IMG/VR virus record: IMGVR_UViG_2930438282_000003
Coordinates: 32,001-96,000 of that record
Reading direction: 5' to 3' (one strand)
Length of the DNA stretch: 64,000 bases
Source of the DNA: a virus
Lineage: Duplodnaviria > Caudoviricetes
The first letter of the stretch is position 1; every line of letters starts with the position of its first letter. Shown piece after piece: positions 1 to 11,086 of this stretch. Both the position numbers and the translations under genes were made by a program. The notes under the pieces were generated by a model. That model was not told the origin of the DNA, did not search any database, and was given only the letters and a program-made list of their open reading frames with translations.

Positions 1-3000
1 GGTGGCGTCGGTACCAGCGAGAATGTCCTTGAGTCCCTCGTCGATGATGACCGTCTTGATGTTCGGCAGATCGAGGACGTCGCGATCGAGGCGGCCGAGT
101 AGTGCCGGTCCGCCCCAGGTCTGAGGGGTGGTGAGGCTGTTGTTTTCAATGCCGGAGGCTACGACCCCGTAGTTTGGGACGCCCTGGGTGTTGTTCTGGA
201 GGGCGTTGGCGAGATTATCGGCGGTCCTTGGAGCAGAGAGGACCTCAGTGTTTCCCGTGGCGTAGGGGTCGATGAGGTTGTCGCCGATGACGGAGACGGT
301 GGGTTGGTCGTCAGCGGTGACGACGTCGATGTCGCTAAGGACATGGGTGCAGTAGCAGCCGGTGGTAAACGCAGTTGCAGAGGTGTCGGTGGTGTGATCG
401 CCGGTGTCAGGTGCAGTCCAGTACTCGTGGGAGGCGCTGCTCGAGGAGTGTTCGATCAGGTAGTAATTGTCGTTGACGAGGTGAAGGCTGATCACCACGT
501 TGTGGCCGGCCGTGGTAGCGAAGTCGATCGGGTCGCTGTAGATCTCGCCGCCGCGCGGGATGGTGATGGTGCTGTTGCCGCTGAAGGTCAGGTTTCGCGG
601 TGTCGTCGAGGTTGCCGCTCCGCTTGCTTGACCGGCGATCGTGACATGGTCGATGGTCAGAGCGTTCACGCCGAGGGCGTTGGACAGACGGATGCGCGTG
701 CTCGATCCAGTGACGCTGGTGGTGGCAGCGATCCGGATCGACTGGTTTTTCCAGTCACCCATGGAGGTGTTGTGCACGTCGTCCTCCGGCGGTGAGCTCC
801 AGGCGCCGGTCCAGGATGCGCCGCCAGGGGCAGTGGTGGTGTTGCGTACGGCCATTCCGAAGATGTGTAGCCCGGGAACATACTGGCGGGCGGTGTCGCT
901 GAGGTCCGGGAGGGTCACGGAGTTGAGCTGGGCGCCTGGCTTGAGGGGGATAGCGAAGGCGTAGATGTTGTTAGTGAACGTCTCTTGTGTGCCGTTGGTG
1001 TGGTTGCGGTGGGGAAGTGAGACCGTGGCCAGGGGGTTCGAGCCCCGGACCCAGTCCGGGACAGTCAGGTGGTAGGTGCCGGTGCTGCCGTCGGAGTAGG
1101 CGATGGAGCCGTAGGGGCCGCCCGCCCGGCAGTCTTCGTACTGTCCGTTACCGAGGGTGCACTCGGTTCCGCTGACATTGGTGCCGTCAGGGATGACAGG
1201 GCTGGAGTAGTCGTCTTCCGCACGTTGGGAGCTGACGAGTCCGTTGATGGAGAAGCCAAGAAAGACCAGAGCCTGACCGCTGGTGTTGTTCATGTTGATG
1301 GTCTGGTTGGCGGCCATCACGTTGTCGCCGGACGCGGAGGCGAAGTTGGGCAGGGTGAAGGTTGCACCGTCCACGGTGATCTTCCCGCCGGGCTGCCAGC
1401 CGGCGGCTTTGAGGTCCTGCAGGGACATGGTGCCGCCGAATCCGTCCGCGTCGGCGGCCGCTTGGTTGCTGTCGTCGGTGACGGCAGTGCTGTTGAAGGC
1501 ATCCTGGAGGCTGGCGTAGGTGTGGCCCACGTGGCCGAGAGCGGTGAACTGGTATTGCTGCTGGCTGGAGACGTTCCCGGCGGCGTCGACGGCATACACG
1601 TAGAGGGTGTGCGTTCCGGGCGCGGTGGGAGTGAGGGTGACCTGAGCTTTATTGCTGGAAGCGGTAACCGTCTGGGAGCTGGGGGTGTTCGAAGTGGGTG
1701 GCCTGACGTCCAGGTTGTAGAGAAACTTGGTTGCGCTGTCGGTGGTGAAGGTGAAACGACCGCCGGTACCGGCCGCAGTGATGCCTGGGGTGTCCTCGGG
1801 ATAGAGGCCGTCGGCGGTGGTGACGGTCGGTGCGTTCGGAGCAGTGAGGTCTACGGTGAAGTGGCAGGTAGATGAGGCGGGGCTGGTGTCCTTACCGTCG
1901 CTGGAGGTGACGCTCCAGCTGACCACGTCACCGTTCTTCAGCCCGCTCATGAACGTCGAGGACAGGGACTTAGGGGCGTTCTGGCCGCTGGCGACCGTGG
2001 CGCTGGCGGTTGTGGTGGCGGTGCCGCTGTTGACCCAGTACTTGTAGGTCGCCGCCAGGGCGTCCTTGTCGCCGTCGCTGACGGTCGCGTTCAGGGTCGG
2101 TGGCGTGGTGGCCAGGGTCTTGCCGACGACCGACGGCGTCGTGGTGCTGCAGCCGACCGAGTGTGTGCCGAACTTGGTGGCCAGGCTGGTGGGTTTGGTG
2201 GGGATGTGGTTGTACTCGATGGACATCGTCGGGTTGGTGGCGAAGCGTTTGAAGTAGTTGCCGTCGCTGCTGGCCTCTCGGCTGCTGACGAGGGCGAAGG
2301 TCCAGCTGGAGTTCTTCGCAGCGGCCTTGCTGGCGATCGTGGACGTCACCGCGAAACTGCCCGAAGGCTCACTGCTGCAGGCCGGCCCGAAACTCTTGGT
2401 AGCCAGCAGGCTGGACAGAGCGGGCCTGCTGCTCCAGGTGGTGGAGGAGCTGATGGACCCGGAGAGGTAGAGCTTGACGTCGGCGCTGTAGTCGCAACCG
2501 GCCGAGTAGCTCTCCATGGCGTCGACCGTGGCGGAGACGATGTGGGTGCCCCAGACGGCGGAGGGGATGCCGAGTTGGAAGTAGGAGCGCTCGGTGCCGA
2601 TGCAGCCCGACCAGCTGTTGTAGCCGACGCCGGGGTTGCCGTGCGCAGTCGAGTCGAAGTTCTTTGCCGTCGGGCAACCCTGCTGGGTCTCCACGAAGTG
2701 CTGTCTGCTGCCGCTGGCGTAGTGGGGATTCCACGCGGGGTCGATGTAGACGGGGAAGCGGGTGCTGGAACCGGTGAGCAGCTTTTGATCCGGTGTCAGC
2801 GACAGGGTGGAGCCGCTGACCTCACCGGCGACATGGGCGACCTGCGCACCCACTCCGGGGCCGGGGGCGTCCGGGCTCGCGTCCTGGGCCGTGTCAGCGT
2901 TTGTGGCCGCGGCGGCGCGCTTCTGCGCAGCGGTGCCGGCGGTGGAGGAGTCCCACATCAGCGGCTGGGGCGCGCTGAACATCACCTGGCCCGCGGGTGT

Positions 3001-3792
3001 AGCCGCCTGCAGGTTGTCATGTCCGTCGTCCGAGACGGTCAGGCCTGTCGTGTGAGCGGTCAGTTTCACGGTGGTCAACGCGGGATTGGCGGCCGCGGCT
3101 GCGGTCTTGACCACGAAGACTTGCGAGAACCCGCCCAGAGTGTTGGCAGTCAGGCGCAGGTCGACGTCCTTGAGGACGTCGGGGTAGGTGATGGTGGCTC
3201 CTGAGACGGTGGGCTGTGGCAGGTCCATCGGCCAGGAGAAGGACAAGCCGGTCTTACCGCTGGTCATGGATACCAACGGCGTAGTGCCGCCGCCGGAGAA
3301 CGTCACGGGCTCGGACGCAGCCTTGGGGCTGTAGCTGCCGTCGCTGTTCTGCTGAAGGGTGGCGTCGACGCGAACCCAGGCGCCGTCCTGGCGGACACGC
3401 TGGGGGAGCAGGCTGGTGGTCCAGGTGACGGTCCCTGAGGGGTTGGCCTGGACAGTCGCGGTTTCCGTGGTCAGGGCGTCGATCTGGACGGGGCTGCCTG
3501 TCGTGGCCGCCTTGCTTTGAGCCGCGGCCAGGGCTGTCTGCTGGTCCCTGGTCAGTCCTGAGTCGTCTGCGGGTCGGGTTGTGCCCAGAGGACCGTCCGG
3601 GTGGGTCTCGGGCAGGGGTGGCGCGGGTATGGAAACCGGCGACGCACCGCCATTGTCGGCTGCGGCAGGTATGGCGGGCGCCAGCGACACCGTCAGGGCA
3701 CTGACAGCGGCCGTGATCAGTAGTCTGCCAGGAATTCGCGGTTTCTTTTTGAATGGTCTGTTCGCGAGCTGCGGGCGGAATAGGCCGGACAT
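1..3792 (-). CDS. Large secreted multidomain protein (Rhs-associated partner type) with C-terminal SGNH/GDSL-like domain; 3' end runs off the window
   Basis: Manual translation at both ends in the same frame. ATG at 3792 gives MSGLFRPQLANRPFKKKPRIPGRLLITAAVSALTVSLAPAIPAAAD (Sec signal). Near position 1 it reads VSVIGDNLIDPY...LGRLDRDVLDLPNIKTVIIDEGLKDIL (SGNH blocks I and III). Absent from the ORF track, consistent with no stop inside the window. Confidence 0.75.
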   Translation of the reverse strand, partial: MSGLFRPQLANRPFKKKPRIPGRLLITAAVSALTVSLAPAIPAAADNGGASPVSIPAPPLPETHPDGPLGTTRPADDSGLTRDQQTALAAAQSKAATTGSPVQIDALTTETATVQANPSGTVTWTTSLLPQRVRQDGAWVRVDATLQQNSDGSYSPKAASEPVTFSGGGTTPLVSMTSGKTGLSFSWPMDLPQPTVSGATITYPDVLKDVDLRLTANTLGGFSQVFVVKTAAAAANPALTTVKLTAHTTGLTVSDDGHDNLQAATPAGQVMFSAPQPLMWDSSTAGTAAQKRAAAATNADTAQDASPDAPGPGVGAQVAHVAGEVSGSTLSLTPDQKLLTGSSTRFPVYIDPAWNPHYASGSRQHFVETQQGCPTAKNFDSTAHGNPGVGYNSWSGCIGTERSYFQLGIPSAVWGTHIVSATVDAMESYSAGCDYSADVKLYLSGSISSSTTWSSRPALSSLLATKSFGPACSSEPSGSFAVTSTIASKAAAKNSSWTFALVSSREASSDGNYFKRFATNPTMSIEYNHIPTKPTSLATKFGTHSVGCSTTTPSVVGKTLATTPPTLNATVSDGDKDALAATYKYWVNSGTATTTASATVASGQNAPKSLSSTFMSGLKNGDVVSWSVTSSDGKDTSPASSTCHFTVDLTAPNAPTVTTADGLYPEDTPGITAAGTGGRFTFTTDSATKFLYNLDVRPPTSNTPSSQTVTASSNKAQVTLTPTAPGTHTLYVYAVDAAGNVSSQQQYQFTALGHVGHTYASLQDAFNSTAVTDDSNQAAADADGFGGTMSLQDLKAAGWQPGGKITVDGATFTLPNFASASGDNVMAANQTINMNNTSGQALVFLGFSINGLVSSQRAEDDYSSPVIPDGTNVSGTECTLGNGQYEDCRAGGPYGSIAYSDGSTGTYHLTVPDWVRGSNPLATVSLPHRNHTNGTQETFTNNIYAFAIPLKPGAQLNSVTLPDLSDTARQYVPGLHIFGMAVRNTTTAPGGASWTGAWSSPPEDDVHNTSMGDWKNQSIRIAATTSVTGSSTRIRLSNALGVNALTIDHVTIAGQASGAATSTTPRNLTFSGNSTITIPRGGEIYSDPIDFATTAGHNVVISLHLVNDNYYLIEHSSSSASHEYWTAPDTGDHTTDTSATAFTTGCYCTHVLSDIDVVTADDQPTVSVIGDNLIDPYATGNTEVLSAPRTADNLANALQNNTQGVPNYGVVASGIENNSLTTPQTWGGPALLGRLDRDVLDLPNIKTVIIDEGLKDILAGTDAT

Positions 3793-4174
3793 TTGCCCCC
3801 CATGGTGCGTCCGATTAGTCGGAGCCAATAGACAGCGGGGAGGGTACCTGTATTAGGTCAAAGCAACAAGCGATGGCCGAAAATCGCCTGTCGATCACAC
3901 CCGCGGCAAGTGCGTGGCATGTGCACCTTGATATCCGGAGTACGTCGTTGGGTGTCTCTTGGGTGATCGGTCCGTTTTTTCGACTCAACGCATGCCGCAT
4001 ATGCAAATTCTTGACTCGATCAAGCGCATTCATGGCAATCTATTTACCTGATCATTGCCGTGGACGGCCTGCGGAATCTGATCTCGTATTGATTAGATTC
4101 TCCTTCGGTAGTCACGCCGAATTGGGGGGTCTGGGGTGGGTCGGAATTCGCTGTGGCGAATTTACAGAAAATCC

Positions 4175-7100
4175 ATGCGTATGCGTAGGGCGCCCGCCCT
4201 GTGGATCGTCGCCGTTACCGCACTGGGCCTGCTGACCGCATTGCTTTCTCCGCAGTCAGCCCTTGCAGACGGGAACCGTCCCGACTACCTCGTCAAGACG
4301 GGCAAGGAACGGTCGGTGCCCGTGTCGGCGGTCAAGGGCAAGACCGCCAAGGTGCCGAAAATGGCACGCTGGAGTACAGGCCAGGCCCGCAAATCGTGGC
4401 CCGCGGCTGCCTCATCCGACGCGGTGGTGCCCGCGCAAGGCGCCGTGGCACAGCGGGCGGGAAAGTTGCCGGTCGCTGTTTCGGCGGCCAAGAAGGGGCA
4501 CCGCATCACTGCCGGCACCAAGGTCCACGTGAGCCTGCCCGGTCAGGCGGCCGCCCAGAAACTGGGCCTGCACGGCGTCGTCTTCACCGTGCGGCCCGAC
4601 CAGGCCACCTCTGGCGGCACCGCCCGAGTGGATCTGGACTACTCGGCTTTCAAGGACGCCTACGGAGGGGACTGGGCAGGCCGACTGCGTTTGGTCAGTC
4701 TGCCGGCCTGTGCGCTGACCACTCCACAGTCCGGCGCCTGCCGCAAGCAAACCCTGCTGACCTCGACCAACGACGCCAAGGCCCAGACTGTCGCGGCCGA
4801 AATCGCTCTGCCCGCTTCCACCACGACGCAGGTGGTGCTGGCGGCGGAGGCGACCGCGTCAGGCGGAGGCGGCAGTTACGCGGCTACCTCCCTTGCCTCG
4901 TCCGGGCAGTGGTCCGCCGGCGGTTCCAGCGGTGCCTTCAGCTATACGTACCCCATCTCGACGCCCGACGTCCCCGGCAGCCTCGTCCCGAGCGTGTCGC
5001 TGAACTACAGCTCGCAGAGTGTGGACGGACGTACGTCCTCGACAAACGCCCAGTCCTCCTGGATCGGTGACGGCTGGGACTACTCGCCCGGTTTCGTCGA
5101 GCGCACCTACGCCTCCTGTTCCGACGACACCGCGAACGGGACGCCGAAGACGTCCGACGAGTGCTGGTCCGACGCCACCGACACGCTGACGCTGTCGCTG
5201 AACGGCTCGTCCAACACCCTCGTCCACGACGACGCCACGAACACCTGGCACCCGCAGGACGACAACGGCGAGAAGATCGAAATCAAGACCAACACGGTCA
5301 ACGGCGACAACGACAACGAGTACTTCATTGTCACAACCGCCGACGGCACGAAGTACTACTTCGGACTGAACCGGCTGCCCGGGTGGGCATCCGGCAACGC
5401 GACTACCAACTCGGTGTTCACCAGCCCCGTGTACGGCAACGACACGGGCGAGCCCTGCCACGCCTCCGCCTTCGCCGACTCCTGGTGCCAGCAGGCATAC
5501 CGGTGGAACCTCGACTACACCGTTGACCCGCACGGCAACGCGATCAGCTACTGGTACACACCCGAAACCGGTTACTACGGCAGGGACAACTCCACCGCTC
5601 CCACCGCATACACCCGCGGCGGCTACCTATCCAAGATCCAATACGGCCAGCTGGCGGACAAGGTCTACGACAGCAGCGCCCCAGCCGCCGCCCAGGTCTT
5701 CTTCGACACTTTCGAGCGCTGCCTGCCCGACTCCGACTTCGACTGCGACACGTCGAAGATGACAACGGCCAACGCCACACACTGGCCCGACGTCCCCGTC
5801 GACCAGACCTGCGCCTCCTCGGGAAGTTGCAGTAACCACGGCCCGGCGTTCTTTACCACCCAGCGTCTGACCGGCATCCGCACCCAGGTCCTGGTCGGCA
5901 CCGGCTACCAGGACGTAGACGCCTGGACTCTCAGCCACACGTTCCCGTCGACTGGTGACACCACCACCCCGTCGCTGTGGCTGAGCCAGATCGTGCACAC
6001 CGGCAAGGACGGGGGCAGCCTGGCCATGCAGCCCGTGAAGTTCGCCGGGCAGGCGCTGGCCAACCGGGTGGACGGTCTGGACGGTTACCAGCCGATCACC
6101 CGCTACCGGATCACCACGGTCACCACCGAATCCGGTGAGGTGGTCACGGTCAACTACAGCAGCCCGGAGTGCCACCGTGCGGGTACCAAGGTGTTGCCGT
6201 CCAGCGAGGACAGCAACACCTACCGTTGCTATCCGCAGTACTGGACCCCGCCGGGACAGACGTCGCCGCAACTGGACTGGTTCAACAAGTTCGTCGTCAA
6301 CTCCGTGACAGCCCAGGACCCCACCGGCAACGGGCCGCCCGTACAGACCTCCTACGAGTATGTCGGCGATCCTGCCTGGCACTTCAACGACGATCCGCTG
6401 ACCCAGGCCAAGTACCGCACGTGGAACCAGTGGCGCGGCTACGGCACGGTCGAGGCCCGCACCGGCACCGACCCGGAGAAGATCACGCTGTCGAGGCAGA
6501 CGTACTTCCGCGGCATGGACGGTGACAAGACCTCCACCGGCACGCGCAGCGTCACGCTCAAAGACAGCGCTGACGACGACTCGCAGAAGGACTCCGACTG
6601 GCTGGCCGGCCAAACCTTCGAAGCCCAGTCCTTCAACGGCGACAACGGCGCACTGCTCTCCGACGGTGTCACCGACCCCTGGACGTCCTCGGCCACAGCC
6701 ACTCAGTCACGCACGAAGTCCGGCCTGGACCCCGTTATCGCCCACCGCATTAACACCAAGCGGGCTCGCACCGTCACCACTAAGGCCAACGGAAACAAGC
6801 AGACCACCGAGATCGACTACACGATCGACGACGCCACCGGTCTGCCCCAGGCCGTCGACGACCAGGGCGACACCTCTACCTCCACCGACGACAAATGCAC
6901 CCGCACCTGGTACGCACAGGACGCCTCCGGCAACCTGCTCCCCATCCCGCGCCGGGTCCAGGAAGTGTCCGTCGCTTGCTCCGTCACTCCGAACCTGAAG
7001 ACCGACCTGCTCAGTGATGATCTGACGTTCTTCGACAACTCCACCGACAACACCGCCACGCCCACCAAGGGCGACGTGACGATGGTGCAGAAGGCCGACT

Positions 7101-10100
7101 CGGTGGCCGACGACGGCACCATCCACCGCATCACGGCGCTGAAGAACACCTACGACTCCTACGGTCGCGAACTCACCGAGACCGATGCCGACGGCCGCAC
7201 CACCACCACGGCCTACACGCCCACCACCGGTGCCGCCCCGACCAGCATCAAGGTCACCCAGCCGAAGGTCACCGGTCAGACGGCTGGTTTCACCACCACT
7301 ACCACCCTCGACCCTGCCCGCAGCCTGGACCTGAAGACCACGGACGCGGCCGGCTATTCCACCAGCAGTACCTACGACGCCCTCGGCCGCCTTACCGCCG
7401 TCTGGAATCCGGGCTTTTCCACCAGCAGCAGCCCCAACACTAAATACACCTACAACCTCCGTCCTGACGTTCCCTCGACGGTCACCACCCAGAGCCTGCT
7501 CGACAACAACACCTACCGCACCTCCATCAGCATCTACGATGCGATGCTGCGTGAGCGGGAGACGCAGACGGCGACTGTGGACGGCGGGCGGGTCATCACC
7601 GACACCGTCTATGACAGCCACGGCTGGGCCGTCTCAAGCTCCGACCCCTACTACAACAGTGGTGCTCCCACGGGCACTCTGGTGGCTGCTCCCGACAACG
7701 AGACCCCGTCCCAGACCGGCACGGTCTACGACGGCGCGGGCCGGGTGACAGATTCCATCGCCTACCGCTTCGCCACGGAGACCTGGCGCACCAAGACGGC
7801 CTACCCAGGCTCGGACCGGGTGGATGTCACACCGCCTGCGGGTGCCACCCCGACGACGACCTATGCCGACGCCCGCGGTCAGATGGTCAAGCTGCTGCGC
7901 TATCACGGCACCGCCCCCTCAGGTGCGGCGGACACGGTCACCTACAGCTACGACTCTGCCGGGCATCAAATCGGCCAGGACGACGGCCAGGGCCACACCT
8001 GGTCCAGTCGCTATGACCTCCTCGGTCGCCGCGTCTGGCAGGGCGACCCGGACACAGGGCAGTCCTCGTCGATGTACGACAATGCCGGCCAGACGCTGTC
8101 TACGACTGACGCGCGCGGTAAGACCATCAGCTACACGTACGACGAGATGGGCCGCAAGACGGCCGAGTACGACACCACAGGAGGCTCCGCCCCTTCGGCG
8201 ACGAACGAGCTCGCCTCTTGGGTATACGACACGCTGAAGAAGGGCGAGCCGACTTCCTCCACTCGCTACGTGGGCGGCACCAGCGGCACCGCCTACACGA
8301 ACAAGGTCCTCGGCTACGACAGCCACGGCTGGACCCAAGCCACCGAACTCGTGGTCCCCGCCTCCGAAGGCGCCCTGGCGGGCAACTACATACACCAGAA
8401 CCACTACAAACTGACCGGCACGCTGGAAAGCTACACCGACCAGGACCCGACAGCCATCACGCTCCCCGGGGAGACGGTCTCCTACACCTACGACGCCTAC
8501 GACCGGCCTGTCGGTGTGGGCGGTGACACCAATGGCTGGGCCTATGTCAGCGGCCTGACCTACACAGAGTTTGACGAACCACACCAGTTCACCTACGGCA
8601 CCTCCGGCAATTTCGCTCAGCAGACGCTGAACTACGACGACCAAACTCACCGGCTGACCGACGACACCACAGTCACCAAGTCCGGGGCCGCGATCGCCGA
8701 CAAGACCACCTACAGCTACCAGCCCTCCGGCAACGTCACAAAGATCGCCGACAAGCTGGAGACCGGCCAGACCGACACCCAGTGCTTCACCTACGACTGG
8801 GCACAGCGCCTCAACGCCGCCTGGACCGCAAGCGACAACTGCGCGGCCACCCCCGCACCCGGCTCCTCCACCACTGTGGGTGGTCCCTCCCCGTACTGGC
8901 AGACCTGGACCTACGACGCCACCGGCGCCCGCAACACCCAGGTTGACCACGACCCCACCGGCAACACCTCCCACGACGCCACCGCCACCTACAAGCCCTT
9001 CACGGCGACCAACAAGGGCCCGGCCCACGCGGTAGCCGAGGTGGACAAGGTCACCCCCGGAGACGCGGCCTCCAACACCACCAACGTCTACACCTACGAC
9101 GACGGCGGCAACGTCCACACCCGCACCACCCGCGCGGGCACCGACACCCTCACCTACAACGACGAGGGCATGCTGTCCGGACTGTCCTCCACAGGCTCCG
9201 CCGGCGATACGACGTATCTCTACGACGCCGACGGCAGCCTCCTGCTGCGGCGCAGCCCCGACGCCACCACCCTCTATACCGGCGACGAGGAGATCACCGC
9301 CAAGAAGGGCGCCACCAGCGCCGACGGCGTGCGCTACATCTCCATCGCCGGCCAGACCGTGGCCACCCATTCCTCCGACGGCCACTTCACTTACCTGATC
9401 CCCGACCGCCAGGGCACCGGCACGCTGCAAATCGACTCCCAGACCCAGCAGGTCACCCGCCGCCAGTACAAGCCCTTCGGCGAGACACGCGACCAGAGCG
9501 GCAACTGGGTAGGCCAACAGGGATACGTCGGCGGCACCCAGGACGACAACACGGGCCTGACCAACCTCGGCGCCCGCGAATACGACCCCACCATCGGCCG
9601 CTTCCTCAGCCCCGATCCCGTACTCAACCCCGGCGATCCACAGTCCTGGAACGCCTACGACTACGCCGACGACACACCCGTCACCACCTCCGACCCCTCC
9701 GGCCTGTGCCCTGCAGACCTGTGCGGCGTCGGCTACCCGATCGGCGGCACTGGCACCAGCAAGAGCAACCCGGTCCGCTACGTCACCACCGGCCCAGTCG
9801 ACCCAGGTGGCCGCAACACCGCCGTCTGCCATCACGGCCGCTGCTCGGACGGCCACACCCTCGGTTCAGGCACAGGCGCGGGCGGTGGCAACATCAGCAG
9901 CGCGACCTACGACCCGCAAGCCGAAGCACAAGCCCTGCAGAGGAGCAAGGCCACCGCCGATGCCGCCGCTGCCGCCGCCAAGAAGCAGGCGTCGGGCCTC
10001 AAGCACCAGCTCCTCAGCCTTGTCGCGGACATCATCGGGCTGACCGACGCCTACAACTGCTTCACCAAGGGCAACGTCATGGGCTGCATCAACACAGCCC

Positions 10101-11086
10101 TCACCTTCGTCCCCTGGGGCAAGGTCTTCAAAGCCATCAAGGTCGGCGTCGAAGCCTTCAAGATCTGGCGAAAACTGGACCGCGCCTACACCGCCGTCAA
10201 GGACGCCGAAGAAGCCTCCAAGCTGGCCGAGGACGCGGTCAAGGCCGAACACGCGTTCGCGGACGCCAGCAAGGCGGAAAGTGCCGGAGCCGAAGAGGCC
10301 GGAGGCTGCCTGAAGCACAGCTTCGTGCCGAGCACCCCGGTACGCATGGCAGACGGATCATCCCAACCGATCAGCAAGGTCAAAGCCGGCGACACCGTCC
10401 TGGCCACTGACCCTCAGACCGGCGTCACCGCCCCTGAACAGGTCCAGAACGTCATCGTCACGCACAACGACAAGGACTTCACCACCCTCACCCTGGACAC
10501 CGCCCCCGTCCGCGGCCCGCCCCACCACCAGGCCAAGGACCACCCCTCGGCCCAGCAGACCCTCACCACCACCTGGCACCACCCCTTCTGGGACGCCACC
10601 CACCAACGCTGGACCGACGCCCACGACCTCACCCCGGGCACCAAGCTGCGCCAGGACGACGGCACAGCCGTCATCGTCCGGGCGGTACACAACTTCCATC
10701 AGCACAACACCACATACGACCTCACCGTTGGCAACCTGCACACGTACTATGTACTCGCTGGCAGCACGGCGGTGCTGGTGCACAATTGCAATGGGCCCGT
10801 TAGCCTCTCGGATGACCAGCTCGACATCCATGTCCTGCCGAGGCACGGCCCTGGCTCGCCGGCATCGGGGAGCAAGTTCCACGAAGACATCGACCCAGAC
10901 GACTACGAAGACATCGCGAATGAGGTAGTGGCGAATGCGCCGATGCCCGTCAAGAGGGATCCGGTGACCGGTAACCATGCCCATGAACACGACCTCGGGC
11001 GGGTAGTCGGTGAGAATGGCGAAACTAAGGTCCGGGTCTGGGTTGATGAAGACCAAAACGTCCAGACGATGCATCCAGTCAAATGA
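4175..11086 (+). CDS. Secreted Rhs/YD-repeat polymorphic toxin with pretoxin HINT domain and C-terminal putative nuclease tip
   Basis: ORF 4136..11086, likely start MRMRRAPALW with signal peptide. Many YD repeats; Rhs core end GAREYDPTIGRFLSPDP...YDYADDTPVTTSDPSGL; HINT from C-LKHSF (10307) to VLVHNC (10789); about 99-aa tip with HVLPRH..SKF..LGRVVG..TMHP. Confidence 0.93.
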   Translation: MRMRRAPALWIVAVTALGLLTALLSPQSALADGNRPDYLVKTGKERSVPVSAVKGKTAKVPKMARWSTGQARKSWPAAASSDAVVPAQGAVAQRAGKLPVAVSAAKKGHRITAGTKVHVSLPGQAAAQKLGLHGVVFTVRPDQATSGGTARVDLDYSAFKDAYGGDWAGRLRLVSLPACALTTPQSGACRKQTLLTSTNDAKAQTVAAEIALPASTTTQVVLAAEATASGGGGSYAATSLASSGQWSAGGSSGAFSYTYPISTPDVPGSLVPSVSLNYSSQSVDGRTSSTNAQSSWIGDGWDYSPGFVERTYASCSDDTANGTPKTSDECWSDATDTLTLSLNGSSNTLVHDDATNTWHPQDDNGEKIEIKTNTVNGDNDNEYFIVTTADGTKYYFGLNRLPGWASGNATTNSVFTSPVYGNDTGEPCHASAFADSWCQQAYRWNLDYTVDPHGNAISYWYTPETGYYGRDNSTAPTAYTRGGYLSKIQYGQLADKVYDSSAPAAAQVFFDTFERCLPDSDFDCDTSKMTTANATHWPDVPVDQTCASSGSCSNHGPAFFTTQRLTGIRTQVLVGTGYQDVDAWTLSHTFPSTGDTTTPSLWLSQIVHTGKDGGSLAMQPVKFAGQALANRVDGLDGYQPITRYRITTVTTESGEVVTVNYSSPECHRAGTKVLPSSEDSNTYRCYPQYWTPPGQTSPQLDWFNKFVVNSVTAQDPTGNGPPVQTSYEYVGDPAWHFNDDPLTQAKYRTWNQWRGYGTVEARTGTDPEKITLSRQTYFRGMDGDKTSTGTRSVTLKDSADDDSQKDSDWLAGQTFEAQSFNGDNGALLSDGVTDPWTSSATATQSRTKSGLDPVIAHRINTKRARTVTTKANGNKQTTEIDYTIDDATGLPQAVDDQGDTSTSTDDKCTRTWYAQDASGNLLPIPRRVQEVSVACSVTPNLKTDLLSDDLTFFDNSTDNTATPTKGDVTMVQKADSVADDGTIHRITALKNTYDSYGRELTETDADGRTTTTAYTPTTGAAPTSIKVTQPKVTGQTAGFTTTTTLDPARSLDLKTTDAAGYSTSSTYDALGRLTAVWNPGFSTSSSPNTKYTYNLRPDVPSTVTTQSLLDNNTYRTSISIYDAMLRERETQTATVDGGRVITDTVYDSHGWAVSSSDPYYNSGAPTGTLVAAPDNETPSQTGTVYDGAGRVTDSIAYRFATETWRTKTAYPGSDRVDVTPPAGATPTTTYADARGQMVKLLRYHGTAPSGAADTVTYSYDSAGHQIGQDDGQGHTWSSRYDLLGRRVWQGDPDTGQSSSMYDNAGQTLSTTDARGKTISYTYDEMGRKTAEYDTTGGSAPSATNELASWVYDTLKKGEPTSSTRYVGGTSGTAYTNKVLGYDSHGWTQATELVVPASEGALAGNYIHQNHYKLTGTLESYTDQDPTAITLPGETVSYTYDAYDRPVGVGGDTNGWAYVSGLTYTEFDEPHQFTYGTSGNFAQQTLNYDDQTHRLTDDTTVTKSGAAIADKTTYSYQPSGNVTKIADKLETGQTDTQCFTYDWAQRLNAAWTASDNCAATPAPGSSTTVGGPSPYWQTWTYDATGARNTQVDHDPTGNTSHDATATYKPFTATNKGPAHAVAEVDKVTPGDAASNTTNVYTYDDGGNVHTRTTRAGTDTLTYNDEGMLSGLSSTGSAGDTTYLYDADGSLLLRRSPDATTLYTGDEEITAKKGATSADGVRYISIAGQTVATHSSDGHFTYLIPDRQGTGTLQIDSQTQQVTRRQYKPFGETRDQSGNWVGQQGYVGGTQDDNTGLTNLGAREYDPTIGRFLSPDPVLNPGDPQSWNAYDYADDTPVTTSDPSGLCPADLCGVGYPIGGTGTSKSNPVRYVTTGPVDPGGRNTAVCHHGRCSDGHTLGSGTGAGGGNISSATYDPQAEAQALQRSKATADAAAAAAKKQASGLKHQLLSLVADIIGLTDAYNCFTKGNVMGCINTALTFVPWGKVFKAIKVGVEAFKIWRKLDRAYTAVKDAEEASKLAEDAVKAEHAFADASKAESAGAEEAGGCLKHSFVPSTPVRMADGSSQPISKVKAGDTVLATDPQTGVTAPEQVQNVIVTHNDKDFTTLTLDTAPVRGPPHHQAKDHPSAQQTLTTTWHHPFWDATHQRWTDAHDLTPGTKLRQDDGTAVIVRAVHNFHQHNTTYDLTVGNLHTYYVLAGSTAVLVHNCNGPVSLSDDQLDIHVLPRHGPGSPASGSKFHEDIDPDDYEDIANEVVANAPMPVKRDPVTGNHAHEHDLGRVVGENGETKVRVWVDEDQNVQTMHPVK

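Noticed and set aside
7919-9856. Long antisense ORFs (also 13052..15172, 23857..26061, 29499..31610 and others)
   Set aside because: Shadow frames of high-GC coding genes, with no recognisable motifs.
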